Below are positions 48,469 through 58,370 of a stretch of 64,000 bases of DNA, piece by piece. Both the position numbers and the translations under genes were made by a program. Origin of the DNA: Bulleidia sp. GTDB lineage: Bacteria; Desulfobacterota; Desulfovibrionia; Desulfovibrionales; Desulfovibrionaceae. The stretch spans positions 27,308-91,307 of the forward strand of contig CAVLCT010000001.1 in NCBI GenBank assembly GCA_963661665.1, written 5' to 3'. How positions within the stretch are numbered: the first letter of the stretch is position 1; each line of letters opens with the position of its first letter. The notes beneath the pieces are model-generated. The model ran no database searches and was not told the origin of the DNA. It saw nothing but the letters and a program-made list of their open reading frames with translations.

Positions 48469-49383
48469 ATGAAAATTCTGCTTATTGCCGGCGGCTGGTC
48501 CAGTGAACGCGAGGTCAGCCTTTCTGCCGTCCCCGGACTGAAGAGCGCCCTGGAAGAGCTGGGACACTCAGTCACTGTCTTTGACCTGCTCTCCGGTTTT
48601 AACGATGTGGTTGCTAAGGCCAGGGAACACGATTTTGCCTTTATCAACCTGCATGGCACGCCGGGCGAGGACGGGCTTGTCCAGTCCCTGCTTGAATATG
48701 CCGGCTGCCCCTACTTAGGAGCCGGTCCTTCTGGATCCTTCCTGGCCCTGCACAAGGCTGCCTCCAAGCAGATCTTCCGCGACTTAGGCCTGCCCACGGC
48801 TGACTGGGAATATCTGCCGCAGAGGCCGGCAGAGGGCTGGGAGCCCAGGCTTGGCTATCCACTCTTTGTCAAGTCCTGCATGGGTGGCTCGTCCCTGCGC
48901 CTTGGCAAGGTGGAGAACAGGGCGGAACTGGACGGCATCCTGAACGATATTTTTGCGCACGGGGAAGGGGCTCTGCTTGAGCCGGCGCTCAAGGGGCGTG
49001 ACGTGACCTGCGCCGTTGCGGGAAACAAGGCTATGCCTCCTATTCTGATTGTTCCGCAGATGGGCTCGTATTTTGACTTCAAGAGCAAGTACAGCGACGG
49101 CGGCGCAAAAGAAATCTGTCCTGCTCCCATATCTGAAGAAGCCACCAGGAAAATGCAGGAGTATACGCTGCGTGCTGTGGAGGCCTTAGGGCTCAACGGC
49201 TATGGCAGGGCCGATTTTATCCTCGGTGACAACGACGAGCTCCATATATTGGAAGTCAATACTATTCCTGGCATGACGCAGGCGAGCCTTGTGCCCAAGG
49301 CAGCCCATGCCATGGGCATGACTTTCCCCGCCTTTTTGCAGAGCCTTATTGACCTTGGCATGAGCCAGCACGGCAAAAAGTAG
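48469..49383 (+). CDS. ddl: D-alanine--D-alanine ligase
   Basis: MKILLIAGGWSSEREVSLSA...INLHGTPGEDGLVQSLLE...LEVNTIPGMT (ATP-grasp). Confidence 0.9.
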   Translation: MKILLIAGGWSSEREVSLSAVPGLKSALEELGHSVTVFDLLSGFNDVVAKAREHDFAFINLHGTPGEDGLVQSLLEYAGCPYLGAGPSGSFLALHKAASKQIFRDLGLPTADWEYLPQRPAEGWEPRLGYPLFVKSCMGGSSLRLGKVENRAELDGILNDIFAHGEGALLEPALKGRDVTCAVAGNKAMPPILIVPQMGSYFDFKSKYSDGGAKEICPAPISEEATRKMQEYTLRAVEALGLNGYGRADFILGDNDELHILEVNTIPGMTQASLVPKAAHAMGMTFPAFLQSLIDLGMSQHGKK

Positions 49384-49556
49384 CCCGGGCGGCGCTGCCC
49401 ATATCTATCTGTTAAGGCACAGACAGGATGCAGATCCTGCCTGTGCCTTTCAGGGCTTTAGGCAAGAATGCTTTTTTGCACATAAGCCCGCTTTTCTTTT
49501 CCCCAAGGAGGATGCGGTACTGCGGCGCAAAACGCTGCGGTGTCCGCTTTATTTTG

Positions 49557-50510
49557 ATGGCAACGCAAAACAGCGCTTCCCATTTGACAGCACATCTTTC
49601 AGCCTTGTTTGTGGCTACGGTCTGGGGGCTTACCTTTATTTCCTCAAAGGTCCTGCTGGACCAGTACACGCCTCTTGAAATCTGCATCTACAGGCATGTC
49701 CTGGCTGTGGGCGGCATGTTCCTTATTCGTCCCAGGCTCTTTTCGCATGGCGGCGGCTGGCGTACAGAGCTGCTTTTTATTTGTGCAGGCGTATGCGGTG
49801 TGAGCCTGTATTTCCTGCTGGAAAATACGGCGATGCAGTATACCTACGCCTCCAATGTGAGCCTTATTGTCTGTACGGCACCGTTTTTTACAGGGATTGC
49901 GGCCAGATTTTTGCTGGATGAGGCCCTCTATGCCAATTTCTACATCGGCTTTGTCATAGCGATAAGCGGCATTGCCCTTATATCCTTTAATGGCGCAAGC
50001 AACCTGGGGCTCAATCCCCTGGGCGATCTGCTCACGACCTGCGCAGCCATATCCTGGGCCTTTTATACAACCTGCACCAACAAGCTGTTCAAGAGGGGCT
50101 ATCCTCTTTTTCTGGCGACAAGGCGCATCCTTTTCTGGGGCCTTGTGACCGCAGTCATGCTTCTGCCCTTTCAGAAAGCGCCTGTCACGCTTCCCCATCT
50201 TGCAGACATGACGACAATGGGCAATCTGGTCTTCCTGGGCGTTCTGGCCTCGCTTGGCTGTTTTGTCATCTGGAACAGGGCTTTGAAGATCCTGGGCGCT
50301 GTCAGATGCACCGCCTATGTGTATTTCAGTCCCGTGGTGACAGTGCTTGCCGCCGTTGTCCTGCTTGATGAGAAGCTGACGCCCATGTCTGTTTCAGGCA
50401 TGGTGCTGACACTGGCAGGCCTGCTGCTTTCTGAAAGACATGAAAGCCTTTTCCGGCGTTCTGGCAGGCAGGAAAAGCAGGGCAGGGAAATAGAACTGCA
50501 ACAGCAGTAA
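49557..50510 (+). CDS. EamA/DMT family transporter
   Basis: Ten hydrophobic segments arranged as two EamA-like halves. Start at MATQNS within ORF 49428..50510 (uncertain). Confidence 0.75.
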   Translation: MATQNSASHLTAHLSALFVATVWGLTFISSKVLLDQYTPLEICIYRHVLAVGGMFLIRPRLFSHGGGWRTELLFICAGVCGVSLYFLLENTAMQYTYASNVSLIVCTAPFFTGIAARFLLDEALYANFYIGFVIAISGIALISFNGASNLGLNPLGDLLTTCAAISWAFYTTCTNKLFKRGYPLFLATRRILFWGLVTAVMLLPFQKAPVTLPHLADMTTMGNLVFLGVLASLGCFVIWNRALKILGAVRCTAYVYFSPVVTVLAAVVLLDEKLTPMSVSGMVLTLAGLLLSERHESLFRRSGRQEKQGREIELQQQ

Positions 50511-50676
50511 ATGCAGGCCCCGATGGTTTTGATTCCCATGCAGTACCGTGCCTTTTTGTTGCAGTTATGCTGCAGCAGAAAGAGCCTTAAAGGATACTGC
50601 ATGGGGCAGGGCTTGTGTTTGTATTGAAATATAGTTTCATTTTCAATTTCATATCAAAAACACACCGCATCTTTCC

Positions 50677-50704
50677 TTGACACGGTCGATTTTCTACCTA
50701 TGAT
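50677..50704 (+). promoter_or_regulatory. sigma-70-like promoter upstream of ferredoxin
   Basis: TTGACA (50677-50682), a 16-nt spacer, then TATGAT (50699-50704). Confidence 0.55.
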
Positions 50705-50771
50705 ATTTGAAACTGTGGAATGATTTCACAGTGACAAAAATCTGGTCTACGACCCCTAATTGGAGGAAACT

Positions 50772-50960
50772 ATGTCCTACGAAGTTACCGTTGACGCCGA
50801 CAAGTGCGTGGGCTGTGGCGAATGTGTTGATGTGTGCCCCGTGCAGGTATATGAACTGCAGGATGGCAAGAGCGAACCCGTCAATTCTGAAGAGTGCCTC
50901 GGCTGCGAGTCCTGTGTCGAAGTGTGCGAAAACAGCGCCATCGAAGTCAAGGAAATGTAA
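50772..50960 (+). CDS. small 2x[4Fe-4S]-type ferredoxin
   Basis: MSYEVTVDADKCVGCGECVDVCP ... CLGCESCVEVCE. ATG 50772 lies 7 nt after GGAGG. Confidence 0.9.
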   Translation: MSYEVTVDADKCVGCGECVDVCPVQVYELQDGKSEPVNSEECLGCESCVEVCENSAIEVKEM

Positions 50961-51047
50961 TCCATAGCCTCACGGCTATGTACTTTTTGGAGTGCCGCCT
51001 GCGAGCAATCGTCAGGCGGCATTCCTTGCACAAGGAGGCAGCCTGCA

Positions 51048-51725
51048 ATGGTTCCTGATCTTTCTCCCATATTTACGCAGTATGAGCGTCTGCGTTCCTT
51101 TGTGGACGGGGCTTTTGCCCAGGTGGAAAAAACCTGCCCGGGATGCGTCTCCTGCCACGTAGGGTGCAGCGACTGCTGCCATGCCCTGTTTGACCTTTCC
51201 CTTGTGGAGGCCATGTATCTGAACAAGGCCTTTAAGGAAAAGTTCGGCTACGGGCCTGAAAGATCAGCCATACTTGAAAGGGCCGAACAGGCTGACCGCA
51301 AGCTGGTCCGCATCAAAAAGAAGCTGTATATGGATCAGAAGCATGGCGAAGGGACGGATGTGATTTTTCATGAAGCATCCGAGGAAAGGATGCGCTGTCC
51401 TTTGCTGGGCGACAATGATCAGTGCCTTTTGTACGAAGCCCGTCCTGTCACCTGCAGGGCCTACGGCATCCCCACCAGCATAGGCGGGCAGGGGCATGTG
51501 TGCGGCAGTTCCGGATTTGCCCAGGGCGGCTCATACCCCACTGTCAAACTTGACAAAATACAGGATGCACTTAGAGATATGAGTATAGCGATAGAGCAGG
51601 CAGTGCACAGCCGCTTCGACAAGCTGCATGAAGTGTACATGCCCGTCTCCATGGCTTTGCTCACTTCTTTTGATGACAGGTTCCTGGGAATTGGGGAAGC
51701 AAAACCTGAACGCTGGGAACGGTAA
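51048..51725 (+). CDS. YkgJ family cysteine-cluster protein (UPF0153)
   Basis: CPGCVSCHVGCSDCCH ... CPLL...CLLYEARPVTCRAYG is the typical CxxCxxCC zinc/iron-chelating pattern. Confidence 0.8.
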   Translation: MVPDLSPIFTQYERLRSFVDGAFAQVEKTCPGCVSCHVGCSDCCHALFDLSLVEAMYLNKAFKEKFGYGPERSAILERAEQADRKLVRIKKKLYMDQKHGEGTDVIFHEASEERMRCPLLGDNDQCLLYEARPVTCRAYGIPTSIGGQGHVCGSSGFAQGGSYPTVKLDKIQDALRDMSIAIEQAVHSRFDKLHEVYMPVSMALLTSFDDRFLGIGEAKPERWER

Positions 51726-51772
51726 TGGCAGTGCAGGAAGAAAATGCTTCCGCACCGGGCCGGGAGTAATCC

Positions 51773-52207
51773 ATGCCAAGTTTTCTTGCCGATATACATG
51801 CCTGTATGTACCGCGACGGTACGCCGCAGACGCTCAATGAAGACCAGGAAGCCAGCAAAAGGGCAATGTATGAACGCTTAAAGCCCAGGCAGCGCAAATT
51901 TGTTGACAAGATAGGCTATGAAAACTGGGATCCCTTTGCCAAGCCGAACGATCCGCTTGATATACGCCAGGATACGACCAAGCGCACGACACAGCAGCTA
52001 GTGCGGGAATTTTTGCAGATGGCATCCCAGAACGGCTCCTACAGCAATGAATACGGACAGGGAGCCCTGCAGGCCGCACTGGGTATTATCAACCGCGATG
52101 AAAATATGCGCGGGACATTTGATTTTTGCCTGTGGTATTATGATCTGCTTCGCCGTGAAGGGCACATTGCTCCGCATGCCTTAAAGCCCATGCCCCAGTC
52201 AAACTAA
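51773..52207 (+). CDS. hypothetical protein
   Basis: 144-aa ORF in line with the flanking genes. No motif recognised. Confidence 0.5.
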   Translation: MPSFLADIHACMYRDGTPQTLNEDQEASKRAMYERLKPRQRKFVDKIGYENWDPFAKPNDPLDIRQDTTKRTTQQLVREFLQMASQNGSYSNEYGQGALQAALGIINRDENMRGTFDFCLWYYDLLRREGHIAPHALKPMPQSN

Positions 52208-52246
52208 GCAGCTTTGAACTTATCCCATCCCACGGAGGCCCTTTTC

Positions 52247-52876
52247 ATGAAAGCCCAGTATGACGACCTTGACGAATATATAAACGACCTGCAGGATGCC
52301 ATTGCCAAATCAGACGGGCAGTGCGCTGCCCACCACTACAACCTGGGGCTGGCCCTGCTTACCAAGCGTGACTTTATGGGCGCTGAAGCATCCTTCCGTG
52401 ATGCCCTGCGCGAATCACCCCATATGGCCGAGGCCATGGTACAGCTGGGCGGCATCTGCATGCAGAGAGGCGATCTGGAAGGATGCCTGAGGTACAATAC
52501 GGACGCAACGACCTATCGTCCGAAATTTCCCGTTGCAGAAGCCAATATAGCCTTTGTGCATCTGCAACAGCGCGATGCCGACAAGGCCTTAAAGCATCTG
52601 GACAAGGCCCTGAAGTGGGATCCCAATTTTGTGCAGGCCCGCAATGGCAAGGCCGTCGCCCTCTTTATGCAGGAAAAATACGAAGAGAGCGAGAAAGAGT
52701 GCCGCGCCGCTCTCAAGCTGGAAGAACATTTTGCTCCGGCATGGCTTAACCTGGCGCTTGCCCTGATGCAGCAGGACAAGGTGTCCGAGGCAAGGGAAGC
52801 GGCCCAGAAGGCTGAAGAACTTGGCATGGAAGTGCCTGAAGGCTTCAAGAAAGAGCTTGCTGAAAAGCAGGCCTAA
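52247..52876 (+). CDS. tetratricopeptide repeat protein
   Basis: Repeated about-34-aa A/L/Y-rich TPR-like units (HYNLGLALL..., AMVQLGGICM..., NIAFVHLQ..., WLNLALALM...). ATG 52247 follows GGAGG. Confidence 0.75.
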   Translation: MKAQYDDLDEYINDLQDAIAKSDGQCAAHHYNLGLALLTKRDFMGAEASFRDALRESPHMAEAMVQLGGICMQRGDLEGCLRYNTDATTYRPKFPVAEANIAFVHLQQRDADKALKHLDKALKWDPNFVQARNGKAVALFMQEKYEESEKECRAALKLEEHFAPAWLNLALALMQQDKVSEAREAAQKAEELGMEVPEGFKKELAEKQA

Positions 52877-52908
52877 AGTTTAGTCCAGAATCGTAATACG
52901 AAAAAAAA

Positions 52909-52944
52909 GAGCGTTGCACGGCATATTATCGGCCGGCAGCGCTC
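52909..52944. terminator. bidirectional terminator between convergent genes
   Basis: GAGCGTTGC (52909-52917) pairs with GCAGCGCTC (52936-52944). An A8 run lies upstream, which reads as a T8 run after the stem on the minus strand. Confidence 0.6.
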
Positions 52945-52978
52945 TATTCGTATTTGTATGGCCTGGGGGCCGCGGGCC

Positions 52979-53953
52979 TTAGGCAAAATGGCAGCGCACC
53001 CGCCAGCCTTCGGCCAAAGTCTTCCATTCAGGCTCTTTTGCGGCACAGATATCCTGTGCCCTGGGACAGCGCGGATGGAAACGGCAGCCGGACGGAGGAT
53101 CAAGCGGCGAGGGCAGTTCTCCCTTGAGAACTACCAGATCGCCTCTCCTGCCTGCTGAGGGCATGGCCTGGGCCAGTGCCTGCGTATAGGGATGGGCCGC
53201 TTCCTTCAGTCCGTCCACGTGCAGTTCTTCTACTATTTCCCCGAGATACATGACATACAGCCTCTGGCACATGAAACGCACCACGGCCAGGTTATGGGAA
53301 ATGAAGAGCTGGGCCTGCTGGAAATGTTCCTGCAGGCTCTTCATGACATTAAGAACCTGAGCCTGCACCGAGGCATCCAGCGCCGAGACGGGCTCATCGC
53401 AGACAACAAGGTCAGGGTGTGTCACAAAGGCCCTGGCCAGGGCCACGCGCTGGCGCTGGCCTCCGGAAAACTCGTGCGGGTAGCGATTTCCCATGCCGGC
53501 AAGGCCTACGCATTCAAACATTTCCTGCACTGCCTCATGGCGTTCCCTTGCACTCATGCGCTGCCTTTTTTTGAACCCCTTTGCTGCAAGTCCCTCTGCC
53601 ACGCTGTCGCAGACACGCATGCGCGGGTTGAGGGAAGAAAAGGGATCCTGAAAGACCATCTGTATGCGGCCTGCCAGGGGGGAGGCAGGTCCGGCCAGGG
53701 GCAGTTTGCTCCCCTCAAACAGGATGTCACCGCCTGATGGCGCATACAGGCCGCAGACAAGGCGACCCAGGGTAGACTTCCCGCAGCCTGACTCGCCGAC
53801 CAGGCCGACACACTCTCCCCTTTCCAGGGAAATGGAGACATTGTTTACGGCGTGCAGGATGGCGTCCTCTCCGTGTGCTCCCTTAACGGCAAAGGTCTTT
53901 GTTACCTGCCTTGTTTCCAGAAGTGTCTTTCCTGTCATTGGTCTGTCCGTCAT
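52979..53953 (-). CDS. oligopeptide/dipeptide-type ABC transporter ATP-binding protein (OppF/DppF-like)
   Basis: Walker A is GESGCGKSTLGRL, the signature is FSGGQRQRVALARA, and Walker B is LVVCDEPVSALD. The C-terminal oligopeptide-type extension is PPSGCRFHPRCPRA. Start at MTDRPM inside ORF 52979..54163. Confidence 0.85.
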   Translation of the reverse strand: MTDRPMTGKTLLETRQVTKTFAVKGAHGEDAILHAVNNVSISLERGECVGLVGESGCGKSTLGRLVCGLYAPSGGDILFEGSKLPLAGPASPLAGRIQMVFQDPFSSLNPRMRVCDSVAEGLAAKGFKKRQRMSARERHEAVQEMFECVGLAGMGNRYPHEFSGGQRQRVALARAFVTHPDLVVCDEPVSALDASVQAQVLNVMKSLQEHFQQAQLFISHNLAVVRFMCQRLYVMYLGEIVEELHVDGLKEAAHPYTQALAQAMPSAGRRGDLVVLKGELPSPLDPPSGCRFHPRCPRAQDICAAKEPEWKTLAEGWRVRCHFA

Positions 53954-54083
53954 TGGTATGGTCCTGTACCGCTGTACTTTGTCTTGATACGAAAAAAGGT
54001 GCAGATGCACCTTTTCCCGTATCAGAATCTGTTTCTCATCAGAGATCAGAGACGAGTTTTTAGTATTTCGCCGGGAAGCGTAC

Positions 54084-55142
54084 TCACTTCCCCTGCTGAG
54101 CAGGCTTTTGCTGTGCTGCAGGTTTTGCCACAAGATCTGCCAGAGCCAGTATGGTGTTGGCATACTTGCGTGACTTGTTGTAGCGCATCAGCACGGCATG
54201 ATGCTGTTCCCTTGTGCCGTTTGCCTTCCATCCGTGCATGCTGAGGAATTTGGAGAGGCTCATGATGGCATCCTCTGCCTCATAGAGGTTGATGATACCG
54301 TCGCCATTGCCGTCTGCGGCATACTGGCGGATGTTGCTGGGCATAAACTGGCAGAGACCAATGGCGCCATAGTACGAACCAGGCAGGCTTTCGGCATGGA
54401 TGCCGTTGTCAACCATGTAGCGTACAAGCGCCTTTGTTTCATTGTAGGCCCAGGCTGCCCTTTTGGGCATTGTGGCAGCGAACCAGTCTTCATGCTTTTC
54501 AAAGCCGGGCATCTTGCCCTGCCAGGAGGGAATGCTGTCCAGAGTGGTGCTCTGGGACATGCTGGCCAGGGTATAGAGTGCATTCTGGGGAACGTCCTTG
54601 AGCACGGTTCCAAGCCTTGTCTCCACAAAGAGCAGGGCGACTGCAATGGAAGAAGGAACGCCGTATGTCTGCCTTGCAAGGGAAAAAGCCTGGGAGTGCT
54701 GCTTAAGAAACTGCCTGCAGAGTGCAGCATTCTTTTCTGTTACCACGCCCTTGTAGACGGCATTGGGATCAGATGCGGGCTTTTTGCCTGAGTCCTTCGG
54801 CTTGAGGAACTTAGACCGGTAGAGCTCTGCCATTTTGCGGCCCATGGGCGCTTCCAGTCTGGGACCCAGCGTTGCCAGAAGGGCATCCACTTCCTTTCCG
54901 GCCAGGCCGTCCCTGGCCAGGGCCTGCCTTAAGTTCTGCCATTCAGCAGGAACAACAGGCATAAGGGTGCTGCTTTCGCCAGAAAAGGCTGTTTCTGCAC
55001 TGGCCGGCGCATTTTCTGTATCCGCCATGGCAGTGCCGGTGCCGGCAGGACTGCATCCTGCAAGGAAAGCCAGGAAGAGCAGGCAGCCCAGAAAACGTGC
55101 AGGGCAGGCCCCGCTTATTTGCAAAGAACGCATGGCATCCAT
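54084..55142 (-). CDS. lytic murein transglycosylase (MltB/SLT_2-like lipoprotein)
   Basis: The lipobox is LAFLAGC. The motif GAIGLCQFMPSNIRQYAADGNGDGIINLYEAEDAIMSLSKFL is typical of the MltB family. Confidence 0.85.
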   Translation of the reverse strand: MDAMRSLQISGACPARFLGCLLFLAFLAGCSPAGTGTAMADTENAPASAETAFSGESSTLMPVVPAEWQNLRQALARDGLAGKEVDALLATLGPRLEAPMGRKMAELYRSKFLKPKDSGKKPASDPNAVYKGVVTEKNAALCRQFLKQHSQAFSLARQTYGVPSSIAVALLFVETRLGTVLKDVPQNALYTLASMSQSTTLDSIPSWQGKMPGFEKHEDWFAATMPKRAAWAYNETKALVRYMVDNGIHAESLPGSYYGAIGLCQFMPSNIRQYAADGNGDGIINLYEAEDAIMSLSKFLSMHGWKANGTREQHHAVLMRYNKSRKYANTILALADLVAKPAAQQKPAQQGK

Positions 55143-55145
55143 TCC

Positions 55146-55994
55146 CTAGCGCAGATGCTGCAAAAGCGCATCCGGGCTTGAAATAACCATCTTGCTGTGC
55201 TCGCCGAAGGAGGTGCGCATGGCCTCAAGCCAGCGCTGGAAAGAATAAAAGTCCTTATTCTTGTTGTATGCCTCGGCGTATATCTGGGCAGCCCTGGCGT
55301 CAGCGTCACCGCGGATGATCTGGGCATCCCTTGCGGCATCGGCAAGGATGACGGCCTTCTGCCTGTCAGCATCGGAGCGGATGCGCGTGGACTCTTCCTC
55401 GCCTTCGCTGCGGTACTGCTTGGCCTGGCGTTCTCGTTCGGCACGCATGCGGCCAAAAATGGCGCGCAGGTTTTCCTCAGGCAAATCCGTTCTCTTGATG
55501 CGGACGTCGATTACTTCCACACCAAAACCCTTCATGATTTCCTTCACCTTCTGCGTCACTTCGGTCATGATGGCAGCACGCTGCGTTGAGACAACCTCAG
55601 AAAGTGTATAGGCACCGACCATGGCCCTGAGCTGGGAATAGACTACGTCGTCAAGACGTGCCTGGGCTCCCGGGAGGGTACGCATGGTGCGGTAGAACTG
55701 CAAAGGATCCGTAATGCGCCAGCGGGCGTAGTTGTCCAGGACGATGGCTTTTTTGTCTACGGTAAAGGCTTCGCGGGAGCTGGCCTCGTAATCAAGCACG
55801 CGGGCATCAAAGTAGACGACCTTTTGGACAAAAGGCACCTTGAAATGCAGGCCGGGCTTGTACACTTCGTCCAGAGGCTCGCCCAGCTGCAGGACAATGG
55901 CGGTCTCCATCTGGTTGACTGTAAAGACAGACTGCCAGAGCAGTGCCGCTACGGCCAGAACAACTATAAGGATAAGGCTTTGGAACTTTTTCAC
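55146..55994 (-). CDS. hflC: FtsH protease modulator HflC
   Basis: SPFH/band-7 domain with an N-terminal TM segment. It overlaps the hflK stop by 4 nt. Confidence 0.9.
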   Translation of the reverse strand: MKKFQSLILIVVLAVAALLWQSVFTVNQMETAIVLQLGEPLDEVYKPGLHFKVPFVQKVVYFDARVLDYEASSREAFTVDKKAIVLDNYARWRITDPLQFYRTMRTLPGAQARLDDVVYSQLRAMVGAYTLSEVVSTQRAAIMTEVTQKVKEIMKGFGVEVIDVRIKRTDLPEENLRAIFGRMRAERERQAKQYRSEGEEESTRIRSDADRQKAVILADAARDAQIIRGDADARAAQIYAEAYNKNKDFYSFQRWLEAMRTSFGEHSKMVISSPDALLQHLR

Positions 55995-57196
55995 TTTGCA
56001 CCTTCCCTGGCGTTTTTGGCAGCATCAGAGGCAGGTGCCCCCAGCGTTGGCAAAGGCAGGTACGGCAATGCCCTCTGAGCGGCACCGCCATCCATGACGA
56101 CCTTTTCTTCTGCCTTCTCCAGAATTTCTTCCATGGCTTCGTAATACAGGCGTTGCTTTGTTACATCAGGCGCCTTTTCGTATTGCTGCAACAGGGCAGT
56201 AAAGCGGCTGGCGGCACCTTCGGCGTGCTGCACGCGGGTGGCAGAATAGGCCTCGGCATCGTTGCGTATGGCTGAAGCCTCGCCTCTGGCACCAGGAAGC
56301 AGGGCATTACGGTAAGCCTCAGCCTCGTTAATGATGCGGCTCTTGTCTTCGCGCGCGGAAGCAACGTCCTTGAAGGCCTCGACAACTTCCTGCGGCGGAT
56401 GCACATCCTGCAGCTGTACGGCCAGGACCTGTATGCCGGCACCGTAGCGGTCAAGGATAACCTGCAAAAGCTGGGTGGCATCATTCTGGATCTGCAGCTT
56501 GCCGTCCGTAATGGCAGCATCAATAAGATTGTTGCCTATGACCTCGCGCATGGCAGCTTCTGCGGCATTGTGCACAAGGGCAATAGGATCAGCCACATTG
56601 AACAGGAACTGCACTGCGTCCTTGATTTTGTACTGTACTGAAAACTGCACATTGACGACGTTTTCATCGCCGGTCAGCATGGAGGCTTCCCTGGGCATGG
56701 TCTTGACCCTGCCCTGCTGGAAGGTCGTGGACTGCCCCACATTGCGGTAGCCGACCTCGGAACGCAGGACCTGAGTTACCTTGGGCTTGTAGACGGTTTC
56801 CAGAGGTATGGGCAGTGCGTAATGGGGGCCGGGCCCTGTGGAGCGGTCGTATTTGCCAAAGCGAAGGACAACGCCTTCCTCGTCAGGGTTTACAATATAG
56901 ATGCCTGAAAGCAGCCAGAGTGCAACAAGAATGACGCCGGCAATGACAAAACCGCGTCCGTCGCCTGCAGATTTGGGCATCTTGAAGCTGAACGGCATGT
57001 TAAACTTCCTGCCGCCGTCATTGCCATTGTTTCCGCCGCCGTTATTCCCGCGGCTTCCCCAGAAATCGTTGTCATCCTGATTGTCGGACTGGTCGTCATA
57101 ATCACGGGGCGGTCTTGTATTCTGCTGCCGTGACCGTTTTTCCTGTAGTTTGTCCCAGTCCCAGTTTTTATGAACTGCTGCGGGAGTTGAACTCAT
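55991..57196 (-). CDS. hflK: FtsH protease modulator HflK
   Basis: A Gly/Asn-rich N-terminus, a TM segment, then an SPFH domain (YIVNPDEEGVVLRFGKY...). Confidence 0.9.
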   Translation of the reverse strand: MSSTPAAVHKNWDWDKLQEKRSRQQNTRPPRDYDDQSDNQDDNDFWGSRGNNGGGNNGNDGGRKFNMPFSFKMPKSAGDGRGFVIAGVILVALWLLSGIYIVNPDEEGVVLRFGKYDRSTGPGPHYALPIPLETVYKPKVTQVLRSEVGYRNVGQSTTFQQGRVKTMPREASMLTGDENVVNVQFSVQYKIKDAVQFLFNVADPIALVHNAAEAAMREVIGNNLIDAAITDGKLQIQNDATQLLQVILDRYGAGIQVLAVQLQDVHPPQEVVEAFKDVASAREDKSRIINEAEAYRNALLPGARGEASAIRNDAEAYSATRVQHAEGAASRFTALLQQYEKAPDVTKQRLYYEAMEEILEKAEEKVVMDGGAAQRALPYLPLPTLGAPASDAAKNAREGAK

Positions 57197-57415
57197 GCGC
57201 TAAGGCCCTCCAAAAGGCTGTTATAGGGAATTTCATTCCGGATGAACGGAAAATTCTGTACTAAAGAAGAGCATATATCCAAGCGGCCTGCGGAAAAGTC
57301 CGGTAGCCGCCTCATTATCTCTTGCAAACAGTCCTGACTATGTCAGAGGACAGGCAAAAAAGCAAATAGCAAGCCATTTTTGCCGGTTTTGCTGTGGGGT
57401 TGTACGGCTTTTCCT

Positions 57416-58072
57416 CTATTTGCGCTTTTGGGCGAGCCTGGCCTTCTTTCTGCGTTTTCTGGCAGCATAGATATCCTGGATGTGCTGTTTTGCCTTTTCT
57501 TTTGCATCAATGCCGTCTGTGGCAGAGGATACGGCAGAGGCCGGCTCTTCATTGCCGGGAACGGGAAAATCATCAGAAGCATTCAGTCCGTCACTGGCGA
57601 CAGCTTCAGCAGGAAGGAAAGGGGCCGCATCGTCTGTGCCGTTTGGGCTCTCCTTTTGTCCGGCCTGGCTTAAGATGTGCTTCTTCAGATCGCTGTAGAC
57701 AGTATGCCCTTCCTTTGCATCCTTTCTTGATCTGGCAAGATAGTCTTTCAGGGTGCGCTCTGTAACCGGGAACCCTGCGCTGGTAACAAGCCTGGCCAGA
57801 TCGGCAGCAGAACACCTGCGGGTTTTCAGCATGCCGTCAAGCTTGTCCTGCACAAGATGCACGACATCGTTCATGGAGAGGCACTCCTTGTCCATGTCCA
57901 TCTTTGCTTCGTCAAGGACCTTGATCAGGCGCAGGACATCGTTGCCGGAATATTTCCTTCTTTTGGCGGGAAAGGCCTTTGTCTGTGCGGCCTTGGCGGC
58001 CTCCTGAACTCCATTCAGGGATTCATCCTGGATTGTGGCCTGCACGGCTGCGGGAGTGGTCATTGTCGTCAT
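57416..58072 (-). CDS. hypothetical protein with basic C-terminal tail
   Basis: 218-aa ORF with GGAGA 8 nt upstream of the ATG. It ends in ARKRRKKARLAQKRK. No family recognised. Confidence 0.55.
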   Translation of the reverse strand: MTTMTTPAAVQATIQDESLNGVQEAAKAAQTKAFPAKRRKYSGNDVLRLIKVLDEAKMDMDKECLSMNDVVHLVQDKLDGMLKTRRCSAADLARLVTSAGFPVTERTLKDYLARSRKDAKEGHTVYSDLKKHILSQAGQKESPNGTDDAAPFLPAEAVASDGLNASDDFPVPGNEEPASAVSSATDGIDAKEKAKQHIQDIYAARKRRKKARLAQKRK

Positions 58073-58370
58073 ACATATTCTCCTTAAAGATGAGGTATAA
58101 AGGTATTGAGGTACAGACTGCCTGTGCCCATCACGGTTTCAGGATGTGCTCTGGGACAGACATGAAGTCTATGAAACAGTACTGTAATAGTTTTCTCCAA
58201 AATGTCAATAATAAATTTTTTAACTGAATATAAACATGTCAATTCTGGCGTCAAAATAAGCCACTTTTTGTTCAGGTAGCTGTGCCGGCGTATTGTCTTT
58301 GCCTGCAAACACCTATACAAAAAACAAGGAGTTCCGCTTCTTAAGAAATTTTTTCGTACAGGAGATTTTC

